A DNA stretch of 64,000 nt from an uncultured Sulfolobales archaeon (GTDB lineage: Archaea; Thermoproteota; Thermoprotei_A; Sulfolobales; NBVN01), in contig CALJEN010000005.1 of NCBI GenBank assembly GCA_938073905.1, positions 347,363 through 411,362 of the forward strand, read 5' to 3'. Made by a program: the position numbers and the translations under genes. Positions 34,637 to 43,454 of the stretch are shown here, piece after piece. The notes under the pieces are model-generated. The model worked only from the letters and a program-made list of their open reading frames with translations. It was not told the DNA's origin and ran no database searches. The stretch's first letter is position 1; each line of letters starts with the position of its first letter.

Positions 34637-35659
34637 ATGCCGATGATCAGGGCATTAACGCTCCACGTAGCGTCTCGAGACCTCAAGTTCGGGGAGGCGA
34701 TCCGCCTCCTGGAGGACTTCAAGAGGTCTGCCGAGGCCGGGGGAGTCCAGGTCTGGACTCTCAGGATCTCGCTCGGCGAGGACTTCGACTGGAGAGACCT
34801 CGTGGATCACTGTGGCAGCGGCGTGCTGATAGCCGCCTACCACAGGCGCGCGGGAGAGGTGGAGCCCGGAGAACTAGCGGAGTACCTCGCGAGGTGCGGC
34901 AGCGGCTACGCGACCGTCCTGGCATCGGAGGAGGACCTCGACGTCCTCCCCGAGCTCTACGCGGGTCTAGCGAAGAGCCTCAGCGAAGACCACTTCACCA
35001 GACTGGGGGTGATCTACGGCAGCTACCTCCAGACCCCCTACTTCCCCGCGTCGGCAGCACTCAGCGACGCAGTGTCCGTAGCGTACAGGTACGCAGACCT
35101 CCTGCTCTCCACCGACCCGAGCGGGTGGGTCGATGCAATACGCGGCTTAGCCGGGAGGGTGGACTCCCTCCTCGGGGACAGGGCGAGGGAGGTGGGGCTT
35201 GAGGTGCACCACGACCTCTCCCTGTCGCCCTGGATGAGCGAGAGCGCGGTAGGCGTCGTGGAGAAGCTGGGGGCCGCCTTCCCCAGGGTCGGGACCCTCG
35301 CGGCCGTGCGGAGGGTGAACGGCATCCTGCTGGAGGCTTCCGGAGGGGTCAGGACCACCGGCTACAACGAGCTGATGCTGCCCGTCGCCGAGGACGAGAG
35401 GCTGAAGAGGCTCGTCGAGGCGGGGGAGCTGAGGCTGGAAGACCTGATCGCTTTCAGCACCGCCTGCGTAGCCGGGCTGGACATGGTCGCAGTGCCGCGG
35501 GACCCCGACTACCTGAGAAGGCTCTTCGCGGACACGTACGCCGCGTTCTCCATCAAGAAGAGGCCCTACGGAGTGAGGGTGATCCCGACGGACAAGCCCG
35601 TGGTGAGACTGAGCAGGTTCGGCGAGCTGCCCGCGTTTATGCCCACGGGGAGGCCCTGA
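34637..35659 (+). CDS. DUF711/UPF0210-like protein
   Basis: The C-terminal GYNELMLPVAEDERL...FSTACVAGLDMVAVP matches the DUF711 signature as I remember it. It is shorter (340 aa) than typical family members. Confidence 0.6.
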   Translation: MPMIRALTLHVASRDLKFGEAIRLLEDFKRSAEAGGVQVWTLRISLGEDFDWRDLVDHCGSGVLIAAYHRRAGEVEPGELAEYLARCGSGYATVLASEEDLDVLPELYAGLAKSLSEDHFTRLGVIYGSYLQTPYFPASAALSDAVSVAYRYADLLLSTDPSGWVDAIRGLAGRVDSLLGDRAREVGLEVHHDLSLSPWMSESAVGVVEKLGAAFPRVGTLAAVRRVNGILLEASGGVRTTGYNELMLPVAEDERLKRLVEAGELRLEDLIAFSTACVAGLDMVAVPRDPDYLRRLFADTYAAFSIKKRPYGVRVIPTDKPVVRLSRFGELPAFMPTGRP

Positions 35660-35705
35660 GCACCTCCCGCTGTCACTTCTGAGGCTCGCGGAAAAGCGGA
35701 GGCAG

Positions 35706-35780
35706 GGCTCCGGCCGGGACTTGAACCCGGGACCTCGGGGTCCACAGCCCCGCGCTCTGCCACGCTGAGCTACCGGAGCC
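35706..35780 (-). tRNA. tRNA-His (GTG) with genome-encoded G-1
   Basis: Reverse complement: G-1, acceptor GCUCCGG/CCGGAGC, D-arm GCUC..GAGC, anticodon stem CGGGG/CCCCG, loop CU-GUG-GA, T-arm CCGGG-UUCAAGU-CCCGG, discriminator C73. Confidence 0.9.
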
Positions 35781-35992
35781 GCCGGACTATAACTCTACTT
35801 CCGCAGGATTTATACACTGGTGCTTGCTTCAGCATTTACACTGGCACCTGGGACCAGCGTCGGGGAGCCGGCGGGAGCACGCGAGTATCTTGCTGTCCGC
35901 CCGGTTGTGAAAGGCGAGAGATCTACAGCATTGTGAGCTGTCTTCAGTCGATCCCTGGGAGGGTGGTGGGCGATCGGGGGTCGACTGGAGGG

Positions 35993-36000
35993 TTTATAAG
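35993..36000 (+). promoter_or_regulatory. TATA-like box (TTTATAAG) at the end of the CRISPR leader
   Basis: It lies 24 nt upstream of the first repeat. This fits plus-strand transcription and a degenerate terminal repeat at the distal end. Confidence 0.45.
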
Positions 36001-36023
36001 CTCTGGCAAGGAACTCTCCCAAG

Positions 36024-36192
36024 GGTCGCTAGAGTACCTACAAGGGTTTGAAACTCCACGTGACAGACGTGAACATCCTGTCATTCGCATGGTCGCTAGA
36101 GTACCTACAAGGGTTTGAAACAAACAGCTCGGTAGGTAGCTCCAGCTCCCTCACTATTGCTGGTCGCCAGACTACCTACAAGGGTCTGGAAG
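36024..36192 (+). CRISPR. Mini CRISPR array: 3 repeats (31 nt), 2 spacers (36 and 40 nt)
   Basis: Repeats GGTCGCTAGAGTACCTACAAGGGTTTGAAAC at 36024-36054 and 36091-36121 are identical. The third repeat (36162-36192) has 5 mismatches. The spacers are unrelated to each other. Confidence 0.8.
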
Positions 36193-36201
36193 GAGCTGAG
36201 G

Positions 36202-37254
36202 CTAGATCCTGATCGTCTCCGGGGACTTCCATACATTTATGTCGAAGACCTCCTCCGCTATAGACTCGAGGGACTTGCTGACGACCGCGAACCTCTCCAG
36301 CACGTCCTTGATGCTGAGGTACATCTCGTCGAGGCCCAGGCTCCTGTGCATGAGGTCAGCGTACTTCTTGAAGTGACCTCTGTACTCCGCTACCAGGTCT
36401 AGGAGCTCGTTGGCTAGAGCCAAGTCCTCCTGCCCGAGGGCCTTGGTCAGCCTGTCCACTATCAGGACGGCCATGTCCATGCACTCGCTCAGCACGCTCG
36501 CCTCCCTCCTCATCTTCTCCACCAGGGCCGGGCCTCGCTCCAGCATTATCTCGGCGATCTCGGATAGAGAGTCCGCCACCTCCTCGATGCCCTTGGCTAT
36601 GCTCCTGTACTCGGTCACGAAGACGTCCCTGAGCTCCGTCTGCTTCACCAGTCCCCTGTGCCTGATCAAGTCCACCAGCTGCCTGGCTATCAGGGCGTTG
36701 AGCCTGTCCACCTCCACCTCCAGCTCCTGGACCTCCCGCAGCAGGTGGACTGCTCCCGAGGCTATGTAGGTCTCGATGTACTCGAACATGGTCTTCACGA
36801 GCTCGAGCATCCTGTTGATTATGGCTGTGGCCGAGTACTTGCTGGAGTCTATGAGGACCTGGAGCACGATCCTGCTCGGTGAGTACTCCGTTATCTCCAC
36901 GCCTATCAGGGTCTTGGCGGCGCTCTTCAGGGCTCTGAGAATGTTCTCGGGCATCACGCTCTCCTCACTCGATACCTCTATCCTGTCGACCCCCAGAAGG
37001 TAGAGGGCGTACACCGTTCTGCCCAAGAGGGATTCCGGGGCGCTCCTGCTAACGGTGATGGTCGTGGCGAGCTCCTTTCTGTGCTTAGCCGCGGAGAGGG
37101 GTGATATCCTGATCGAAACGTCGTCCAGTACGTCTATGGAGACCTGGTCGCCGGGGCGCAGCCCGATCGCTCTGACCCACTCCGCGGGAAGCGAGACCAT
37201 CAGGGTCGACTTGCCGAACTTCTGGACCCTCCTGATCTCCCTCAGGGCTGACAC
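36202..37254 (-). CDS. AbrB/SpoVT-domain + tandem PhoU-domain regulator
   Basis: The N-terminus FGKSTLMVSLPAEWVRAIGLRPGDQVSI is an AbrB swapped-hairpin pattern. It is followed by two PhoU-like helical repeats. 350 aa. Confidence 0.8.
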   Translation of the reverse strand: MSALREIRRVQKFGKSTLMVSLPAEWVRAIGLRPGDQVSIDVLDDVSIRISPLSAAKHRKELATTITVSRSAPESLLGRTVYALYLLGVDRIEVSSEESVMPENILRALKSAAKTLIGVEITEYSPSRIVLQVLIDSSKYSATAIINRMLELVKTMFEYIETYIASGAVHLLREVQELEVEVDRLNALIARQLVDLIRHRGLVKQTELRDVFVTEYRSIAKGIEEVADSLSEIAEIMLERGPALVEKMRREASVLSECMDMAVLIVDRLTKALGQEDLALANELLDLVAEYRGHFKKYADLMHRSLGLDEMYLSIKDVLERFAVVSKSLESIAEEVFDINVWKSPETIRI

Positions 37255-37492
37255 CGCGGTAGAGTACGCTAAAGAAATATATATTTGTATTAGCAGGCGA
37301 GATCGGGCAGAAGCATATATAAACCAATCTTAGACAAGTTTTATACCGGCTTCCGGGCTCACTAGGGCATCGCTCGCCAGTTCCCTGCGGAACCACTCGT
37401 ATAAAACGAGCAAAAGCTCACCACTCGGGGGGAGCCGCATAGCCCGCGGAGCAGCGGTCGGGGAGTCAGGATGGGTCGACCCCCTCACTAGG

Positions 37493-38497
37493 ATGCTTGC
37501 TACCCTGAAGAAGCAGGGCTATCACCTGATAGGCAGCCACGCAGCGGTGAAGAAGTGCCTCTGGGTCCACAACGCCCTGGTCTACGGCAAGTTCTGCTAC
37601 AAGTGCAGGTTCTACGGGATAGAGTCCCACCGCTGCGTCCAGTTCAGCCCGGCCGTCTCGTGGTGCTGGAACTCCTGCCTCCACTGCTGGAGAGCGAGAC
37701 CGAGGGACTACGGTCTGGAGGGTCCGGAGCTCCTCAGGCTGCCCTACGTCGAGGACCCCGAGGTGCTGGCCGAGATGGCGGTGCTGGAGCACAGGAGGAC
37801 CGTCAGCGGCTACGCGAAGAGGGCTCCGAGGGAGATGTACAGGGAAGCCCTCGACCCCAAGCACGTCGCCATCTCGCTCACGGGCGAGGCGACCATGTAC
37901 CCGAGGCTCGGGGAGCTGATAGAGGTGCTCCACAGGATGGGGCTGACGACTTTCCTCGTCACCCGAGGAGTCAGACCGGACGTGCTGGCCAGCCTCGAGG
38001 AGGAGCCCACGCAGCTCTACGTTTCGCTGGAGGCCTGGAACGGAGAGATGTACCGGGAGTTCAGCAGACCGGCCGGCCCGGGCCTCTGGAGGCTCACCCT
38101 CGAGACCCTGGAGCTCCTCCCCTCGTTCAGCACCAGGACCGTGGTCAGGGTAACGCTGGTCAAGGGCTTCAACATGGGGGACTCGGACGTCTCGGGCTTC
38201 GCCAAGCTCATCGAGAGGGCCCAGCCTACTTTCGTGGAGCCCAAGGCCTACATGCACGTGGGGGCCTCGGTGGGCAGGCTATCGCGGAGCAACATGCCTA
38301 GCTACGAGGAGGTCATGGACTTCTCCAGAAAGCTGGCCGAGGCCACGGGCTACAGGCTCGCCTCCAGCTCGAGGCCCTCGAGGGTAGCGCTGCTGACGAG
38401 GCTGGAGAGGCCGGTGGTGAGGTACGGGAAGGGCTGCCCGAAAGCCTGGGACGAGGTGGATCTGGAGGGAGAGAAGTACGTAGAGGAGTACAGGTAG
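37493..38497 (+). CDS. taw1: tRNA 4-demethylwyosine synthase Taw1 (TYW1 homologue, radical SAM)
   Basis: GYHLIGSHAAVKKCLW...CYKCRFYGIESHRCVQFSP...CWNSCLHCWR is the Taw1 double-cluster N-terminus. 334 aa. Confidence 0.85.
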   Translation: MLATLKKQGYHLIGSHAAVKKCLWVHNALVYGKFCYKCRFYGIESHRCVQFSPAVSWCWNSCLHCWRARPRDYGLEGPELLRLPYVEDPEVLAEMAVLEHRRTVSGYAKRAPREMYREALDPKHVAISLTGEATMYPRLGELIEVLHRMGLTTFLVTRGVRPDVLASLEEEPTQLYVSLEAWNGEMYREFSRPAGPGLWRLTLETLELLPSFSTRTVVRVTLVKGFNMGDSDVSGFAKLIERAQPTFVEPKAYMHVGASVGRLSRSNMPSYEEVMDFSRKLAEATGYRLASSSRPSRVALLTRLERPVVRYGKGCPKAWDEVDLEGEKYVEEYR

Positions 38498-38520
38498 AGC
38501 TCCGCGCCTGTCTCCTAGGC

Positions 38521-39033
38521 CTACTCTCCGCAGCTCCTCAGCGCCTCCGCGAGGTCCTCGCGAATGGAGTCCAGCAGTCCCGGCAGCTCCTCGCAGGGCC
38601 GCGCGGGCTCCGCGAAGTCTCCCGGGCGCCAGCGGGCCACCTCCGACACGGGCACCAACCTGAGAGCGCCCGCCCCTCTGCGAATCCACAGTGAGTAGAC
38701 GTAGTTCTCGAGCTTGACCACTAGGAGCTCGGCGACCTCCGAGGGCACCCTCATGACGCTCCTTTTTCGGAGCAGGGGGAGGAGCTCCGCGCCCAGGACT
38801 GCTCTGACCCAGAGCCTGCAGTCGTCCACCATTGGAGCCACGCCGTCGATGAAGAGGCTCTTCTTCCTCTCGAAGTCCCCGGGGTCGGACACCTTAACCC
38901 TGAAGGCCCCCATGACGACGCCGGTTCCCGGGTCGTACGATGCCAAGCGGCCTCCCATCGCTCGCAGATTCTTCGATACCACTACCGGGTTCCCGCAGCG
39001 CCCCGAGAACTCGACGATGGCTACCACCTCCAT
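38521..39033 (-). CDS. Hypothetical protein
   Basis: 170 aa from ATG 39033 (MEVVAIVEFSG...). The 59-aa extension to 39210 is R/G/P-rich and looks non-coding. No family recognised. Confidence 0.45.
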   Translation of the reverse strand: MEVVAIVEFSGRCGNPVVVSKNLRAMGGRLASYDPGTGVVMGAFRVKVSDPGDFERKKSLFIDGVAPMVDDCRLWVRAVLGAELLPLLRKRSVMRVPSEVAELLVVKLENYVYSLWIRRGAGALRLVPVSEVARWRPGDFAEPARPCEELPGLLDSIREDLAEALRSCGE

Positions 39034-39547
39034 CCCGACCCCAGGCTCTCTCTCGCACCCCGTTTTAGGGTTCTGGGCTAAGCACCTGTGCCCAGCCCTC
39101 GGGGGCTTCCGCTCCCGAACCCGGGACACCTCCCCGTCGTCTCCCACCGGCGCTCGTCCAGGCGTGCCGATAGCGAACCCCTCTGACCTGAAAACTGCCG
39201 CAGACAGCATAAGCCAGGCCCCGAATCCGAGACGTCGCGTCCGCAGCCCTACCTCGTCCTTGTCGAGAAGGGCTCTGGCCGGTGTCCCGAGTCTTTCGCT
39301 ACCTCCAAGAGCGGTCTCACCGGTGCGGCTTCGGGAGCGCCCTGTCCCGAACAGCTCTTCGAGAGCTCCGACGGAGTCCGTCAGGCCGCGGGTCGCTGCG
39401 ACGCCGCCAGGGCGATCGCGCTTGGCCCACGTCTCAGCGTCGGATCCGAGAGCCAGCGAGCCTCCGCTCGACCATTGAAAGAGCTGCCGGGAGACAGAGC
39501 TCTTCGCCAGAGCTTAATAGCGGAGGCCTCCTGATCCCCGGGGGAAA

Positions 39548-40483
39548 ATGCGCGGACTCAGAGGTAGGGACTACGTCTCGGTAACCGACTTCAGCCCGAC
39601 CGAGCTGTGGAGAGTCCTGGAGCTCTCGAGAGACCTCAAGCTCAGAGCCTACGGCGGTGAGAGAGTGATCCCAGTGCTCAGCGGCAAGACCCTGATGCTG
39701 GTCTTCCAAAAGCCGAGCACGAGGACGAGAGTGAGCTTCGAGGTGGCCATGAAGCAGCTGGGGGGCTTCACGGTCACCGCCAACTGGACCGAGCTGCAGC
39801 TGGGGAGGGGCGAGACCATAGCTGATACCGCGAGGACTCTCAGCAGGTACGTGGACGGCATAGCCGCGAGGGTCTTCAGCCACAGGGACCTCGTGGAGCT
39901 GGCGGAGCACGCCGCCGTCCCGGTCATAAACGCCCTGAGCGACCTGGAGCACCCGGTCCAGGCGCTGGCGGACTTCTTCACCATCTGGGAGAAGAAGGGC
40001 AGGGTCTCCGGAGTCAAGGTGGCATTCCTGGGCGACGGAGCCGACAACGTGGCCCACTCCCTGATGCTCATGGCGGCCTCCCTGGGAGCTAGGATGGTCG
40101 TAGCGACGGCGAAGGGCTACTGGCCCTCTCAGAAGATCCTCGAAGCGGCCGAGGAGAGGGCGAGGCTCACGGGAGCCGAGATCGAGGTCACCGAGGACGT
40201 GGAGCGGGCCGTCCGCGGTGCCGACGTCGTGTACACAGACGTGTGGGTGAGCATGGGTCAGGAGGCCGAGGTCGAGAGAAGGATGAGAGACCTCTCTCCC
40301 TACAGAGTCACCAGGGAGATCATGTCCATGGCGAAGCCCGACGCGATATTCATGCACTGCCTCCCAGCGAAGAGGGGCTACGAGGTCGTCGACGAGGTGA
40401 TAGACGGACCCCAGTCCGTCGTGTGGGACCAGGCCGAGAACAGGCTGCACACCCAGAAGGCCCTGCTGATGCTGCTCCTCTAG
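39548..40483 (+). CDS. argF: Ornithine carbamoyltransferase
   Basis: STRTR, HPVQALAD, DVWVSMGQE and HCLPA motifs are present. 311 aa. Confidence 0.9.
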   Translation: MRGLRGRDYVSVTDFSPTELWRVLELSRDLKLRAYGGERVIPVLSGKTLMLVFQKPSTRTRVSFEVAMKQLGGFTVTANWTELQLGRGETIADTARTLSRYVDGIAARVFSHRDLVELAEHAAVPVINALSDLEHPVQALADFFTIWEKKGRVSGVKVAFLGDGADNVAHSLMLMAASLGARMVVATAKGYWPSQKILEAAEERARLTGAEIEVTEDVERAVRGADVVYTDVWVSMGQEAEVERRMRDLSPYRVTREIMSMAKPDAIFMHCLPAKRGYEVVDEVIDGPQSVVWDQAENRLHTQKALLMLLL

Positions 40484-41112
40484 GCCCTCTTTTTCCTCCT
40501 AGACCTTCTCCTCTTCTTCTTTCTGCGAACTGGCTTCTGCCAGACCGACGTGTGCGCCAGCTCCCCGGCACTCACCATCCTCAGCCCGTGATTGGTCAGC
40601 TCTACCCCGAGGGCTACGATCCCCGGGTCTGTCACCTCGCCGACCAGGCACGGAGCGTAGAGGCTCTCCCCGAGCTCCCTCCTCGCTCGAGAGAGCATGC
40701 TGCGCTGGAGCGGGTCCACCTCGACCGACACCGCCTCGGAGTTCCTGGAGAGCAGCTCCACCGCCCTGATAGCGTCTGGGACCGGAGCGAGGGGAACGCA
40801 CCTGAGCCTCTTGCCGCTGACCAGGTAGTAGACCCGGGCTCCACCGGACTGGAGCTCGAGGAGGGCCAGGTCGCACCCGGATCCCCGCCTGACCGCGCCG
40901 AGAAGGCTCTTCGGTATGCTCGGTAGACCGCGCGCCCCCTCCGCGGAGCCGGTGTCGCCGGGAGGGATGCCCGGCTCGCCCACTCCCGGCGGCTCGGAGA
41001 GAGCCACTGTATCCTCGCGCTCCAGCCTGAAGAGCAGCAGCCTGACGCTCCCGAAGTCTACCCACTCGCTGCTAAAGCAGAGGACTCTGCCGATCGCTTC
41101 ACCACCGCTCAT
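40480..41112 (-). CDS. Hypothetical protein with a polybasic C-terminal tail
   Basis: 210 aa from ATG 41112, with TTATTT about 30 nt upstream. It ends KPVRRKKKRRRSRRKKRA. No family recognised. Confidence 0.45.
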   Translation of the reverse strand: MSGGEAIGRVLCFSSEWVDFGSVRLLLFRLEREDTVALSEPPGVGEPGIPPGDTGSAEGARGLPSIPKSLLGAVRRGSGCDLALLELQSGGARVYYLVSGKRLRCVPLAPVPDAIRAVELLSRNSEAVSVEVDPLQRSMLSRARRELGESLYAPCLVGEVTDPGIVALGVELTNHGLRMVSAGELAHTSVWQKPVRRKKKRRRSRRKKRA

Positions 41113-41485
41113 CGAGCATCGTAGTCGCCGCGAGGGGAAATAAGAGCTCGCCTCTGAGGACACCTCTGGAGTACGTCGAAGCTATGCCCGGTCGTGGAGC
41201 CCTCCGTCGACCTCGGAGGCGCACCCCGTACCGCCGGGAGCGCTGGTCTGGTGGTGGGAGGGTTCTGGGCTAAGCGGTTGACGCACGTGGAGCCGATGCT
41301 CGGCCGTAGAGCCTTGCCGAGCTCCGTCCCCTCCGGGAGAGCCTGCGGTTCCTCGCATCACGAGGGACTCCACCTCGGGCGGCGACCGCTCCCCTCGGGT
41401 CTCTGCCGCGACACCCGGAGCAGGTCTTCGGGGAGCACCCATCGATACCTAGTCCGTTCCGAAACAGTCGCCGCGGCGCTGCTCC

Positions 41486-41980
41486 CTAACGCTTATAGCC
41501 TATCTTCCTCAGGAACTCGTGCCTCTCCCTCTTGTCGGCCTCCCCTTCGATCCCGAGAGGAGTCCCACCGTCCACCACCCCCAGGACGCCTCGACCCTGG
41601 TCTGTTTCGGCCACTATGACCTGGAGGGGGTTGGCCGATGCCGCGTACAGGGTCACTATCTCGCTCACGTGCCTCAGTGCGTTTATTACGTTGATGGGCC
41701 ACGCGTTCCTTATGTAGATGATGAAGAAGTGTCCAGCGCCGACTCTCCGGGCTGCCTCGAGAGCCATGGAGACCAGCTCTTCGTCGTTGCCGTCGTACCT
41801 GATCAGCCTCTTACCGCTAGACTCGCAGAAGGCCACTCCGAACCTGATCCCGGGCACCGAGGTCACCAAGGCCTCGTACACGTCCTCGACCGTCTTTATG
41901 AAGTGGGACTGCCCCAGGATCGCGTTCACTCCCTCCGCGCGCGGGATATCCACTACCTCGATTTTCTTGAGCTCGCCCAA
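41486..41980 (-). CDS. Adenosine-specific kinase family protein (PAE2307-like)
   Basis: 164 aa. [21 protein letters not shown]...[21 protein letters not shown]...[20 protein letters not shown] matches this conserved archaeal family as I remember it. Confidence 0.72.
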   Translation of the reverse strand: MGELKKIEVVDIPRAEGVNAILGQSHFIKTVEDVYEALVTSVPGIRFGVAFCESSGKRLIRYDGNDEELVSMALEAARRVGAGHFFIIYIRNAWPINVINALRHVSEIVTLYAASANPLQVIVAETDQGRGVLGVVDGGTPLGIEGEADKRERHEFLRKIGYKR

Positions 41981-42182
41981 GCGGGACTACCGGTACGGGT
42001 TCTCCCCGCGGTTTAAAAACTGTCCGAATAGGCTCTTCACGTCCGAGACGCCCCGCGGAGTGGCCTGGTCTGTCGGACGGGCCAGAGCTCTCGAGACCTT
42101 GGCGAGTCGAGCGTGCTCCGGGGAATCCTCAAACTTATTTCCTCGCTCCCCATACCTCACAGCAGAAGGCCGAGGGACCGGA

Positions 42183-42719
42183 ATGTTCAGGCTGGCGAAG
42201 ATCGAGGATGTGGTGAGGATACAGCCTAACAGGTTTGGCGAAGACTTGGAGAAGGTCGCGAGCGACGTCCTCACGGAGAAGTACGTAGGCAGCCTCCACC
42301 CGGACCTGGGGCTCATCCTAGCCATAACTGACGTCAAGGTGGAGCCTGTCGGGACCATAATACCCGGCGACGGCGCCACGTACCACAGAGCCCTCGTAGA
42401 GCTCATAGCCTTCTACCCCATGGTCAAGGAGGTCGTCGACGGAGTGGTGGTCGACGTGAAGCATATCGGGGCGTTCGTGAACATAGGGCCACTGGACGCC
42501 CTAGTCCACGTGTCGCAGATAGCCGACGACAGGATGGTCTACCACGAGGAGCTCGGAGTCCTCGAGGGCGAGGAGACGAAGCTGAGGATCAGCAAAGGCG
42601 ACGTTGTGCGGGGCAGAATAACCGCGGTGTCTGTAGCCAGGCCGTCGATCATGAAGATAGCTATGACGATGAGGCAGCCAGGTCTGGGGAAGATAGCCTC
42701 GGGTGCCAGCGGTGAGTAG
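42183..42719 (+). CDS. rpo7: RNA polymerase subunit Rpo7 (E')
   Basis: MFRLAKIEDVVRIQPNRFGEDL... with a C-terminal S1 domain (VVDGVVVDVKHIGAFVNIGPLDALVHVSQI). The ORF extension back to 41718 is antisense to the neighbouring gene. Confidence 0.9.
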   Translation: MFRLAKIEDVVRIQPNRFGEDLEKVASDVLTEKYVGSLHPDLGLILAITDVKVEPVGTIIPGDGATYHRALVELIAFYPMVKEVVDGVVVDVKHIGAFVNIGPLDALVHVSQIADDRMVYHEELGVLEGEETKLRISKGDVVRGRITAVSVARPSIMKIAMTMRQPGLGKIASGASGE

Positions 42720-42924
42720 AGGGTACAGAAGACCCTTCAAGGCCTGCACCAAGTGCAGGCTCCTCGTACCCCACGACGCGGCCGCCTGCCCGTCCTGCGG
42801 CTCCACGAGCTTCACGGACACGTGGTCGGGAGCGGTCATCGTAGTCGATCCCGAGAAGTCCAGACTGGCTGAAATGCTGAACATAAAGAAGCCCGGAAGG
42901 TACGCGCTCAGGCTGGGACCGTAG
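42712..42924 (+). CDS. spt4: Transcription elongation factor Spt4 (RpoE'')
   Basis: FKACTKCRLLVPHDAAACPSCGSTSFTDTWSGAVIVVDPEKSRLAEML is the zinc ribbon + NGN-binding pattern. GTG 42712 follows GGGTG at suitable spacing; GTG 42703 is also possible. It overlaps the rpo7 stop. Confidence 0.85.
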   Translation: MSRGYRRPFKACTKCRLLVPHDAAACPSCGSTSFTDTWSGAVIVVDPEKSRLAEMLNIKKPGRYALRLGP

Positions 42925-42971
42925 AGCAAAAAGCCGCGGCCTGCCTAAGACCGGAAGCGCGTGGAGAGCTC

Positions 42972-43331
42972 TTAAGACCTTTCGCGCTCCCTCTTCTCGG
43001 CCTCCTCTCCGAGACGCTCTTCGTATAACCTCATCCACTCCTCCTCCGGGAGGTCTCTCATCTCTTCGACTAGGATGTCCCTATATTCCCTGTTCTTCAT
43101 GAAGTAGCCGATGGCATAGCTGCACACCGGGAGGACCCTCAAGCCGTTGCTCCTAGCGTAGTCGAGCACCCTCTCGACGAGCACCCTCGCGTAGCCCCTG
43201 CCGCGGTGCTGCTCGGGGACGTAGGTCTCCAGTATCTTGAGCACCCCGCTCTCGCTCTCGGTCGCTACGTAAGCCTTGCTGCCGTCCTCGAACTTTATGT
43301 AGAACACCCCACCAGCCTTCCTGACCTCCAC
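42972..43331 (-). CDS. GNAT-family N-acetyltransferase (small YjdJ-like type)
   Basis: 119 aa. EQHRGRGYARVLVERVLDYARSNGLRVLPVCSY is an acetyl-CoA-binding motif. Confidence 0.8.
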   Translation of the reverse strand: MEVRKAGGVFYIKFEDGSKAYVATESESGVLKILETYVPEQHRGRGYARVLVERVLDYARSNGLRVLPVCSYAIGYFMKNREYRDILVEEMRDLPEEEWMRLYEERLGEEAEKRERERS

Positions 43332-43454
43332 GCTCGCACCCCCACCCAGCCTCTCTACATGTTAAAATTTTCGGAACCCCGGCACGCCCCCAGTGGTGGA
43401 GAGCCCGCGGGCCGTGTGCCCGGAAATATTTGGCGTCCCCTTGCAGGACCGGCG

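Noticed and set aside
38521-39210. Full 229-aa version of the minus-strand ORF
   Set aside because: The first 59 aa are R/G/P-rich and overlap the conserved nucleotide motif. ATG 39033 gives a compact protein with normal composition.
39434-40450. 338-aa minus-strand ORF
   Set aside because: It is antisense to argF, has shadow-frame composition and carries no motifs.
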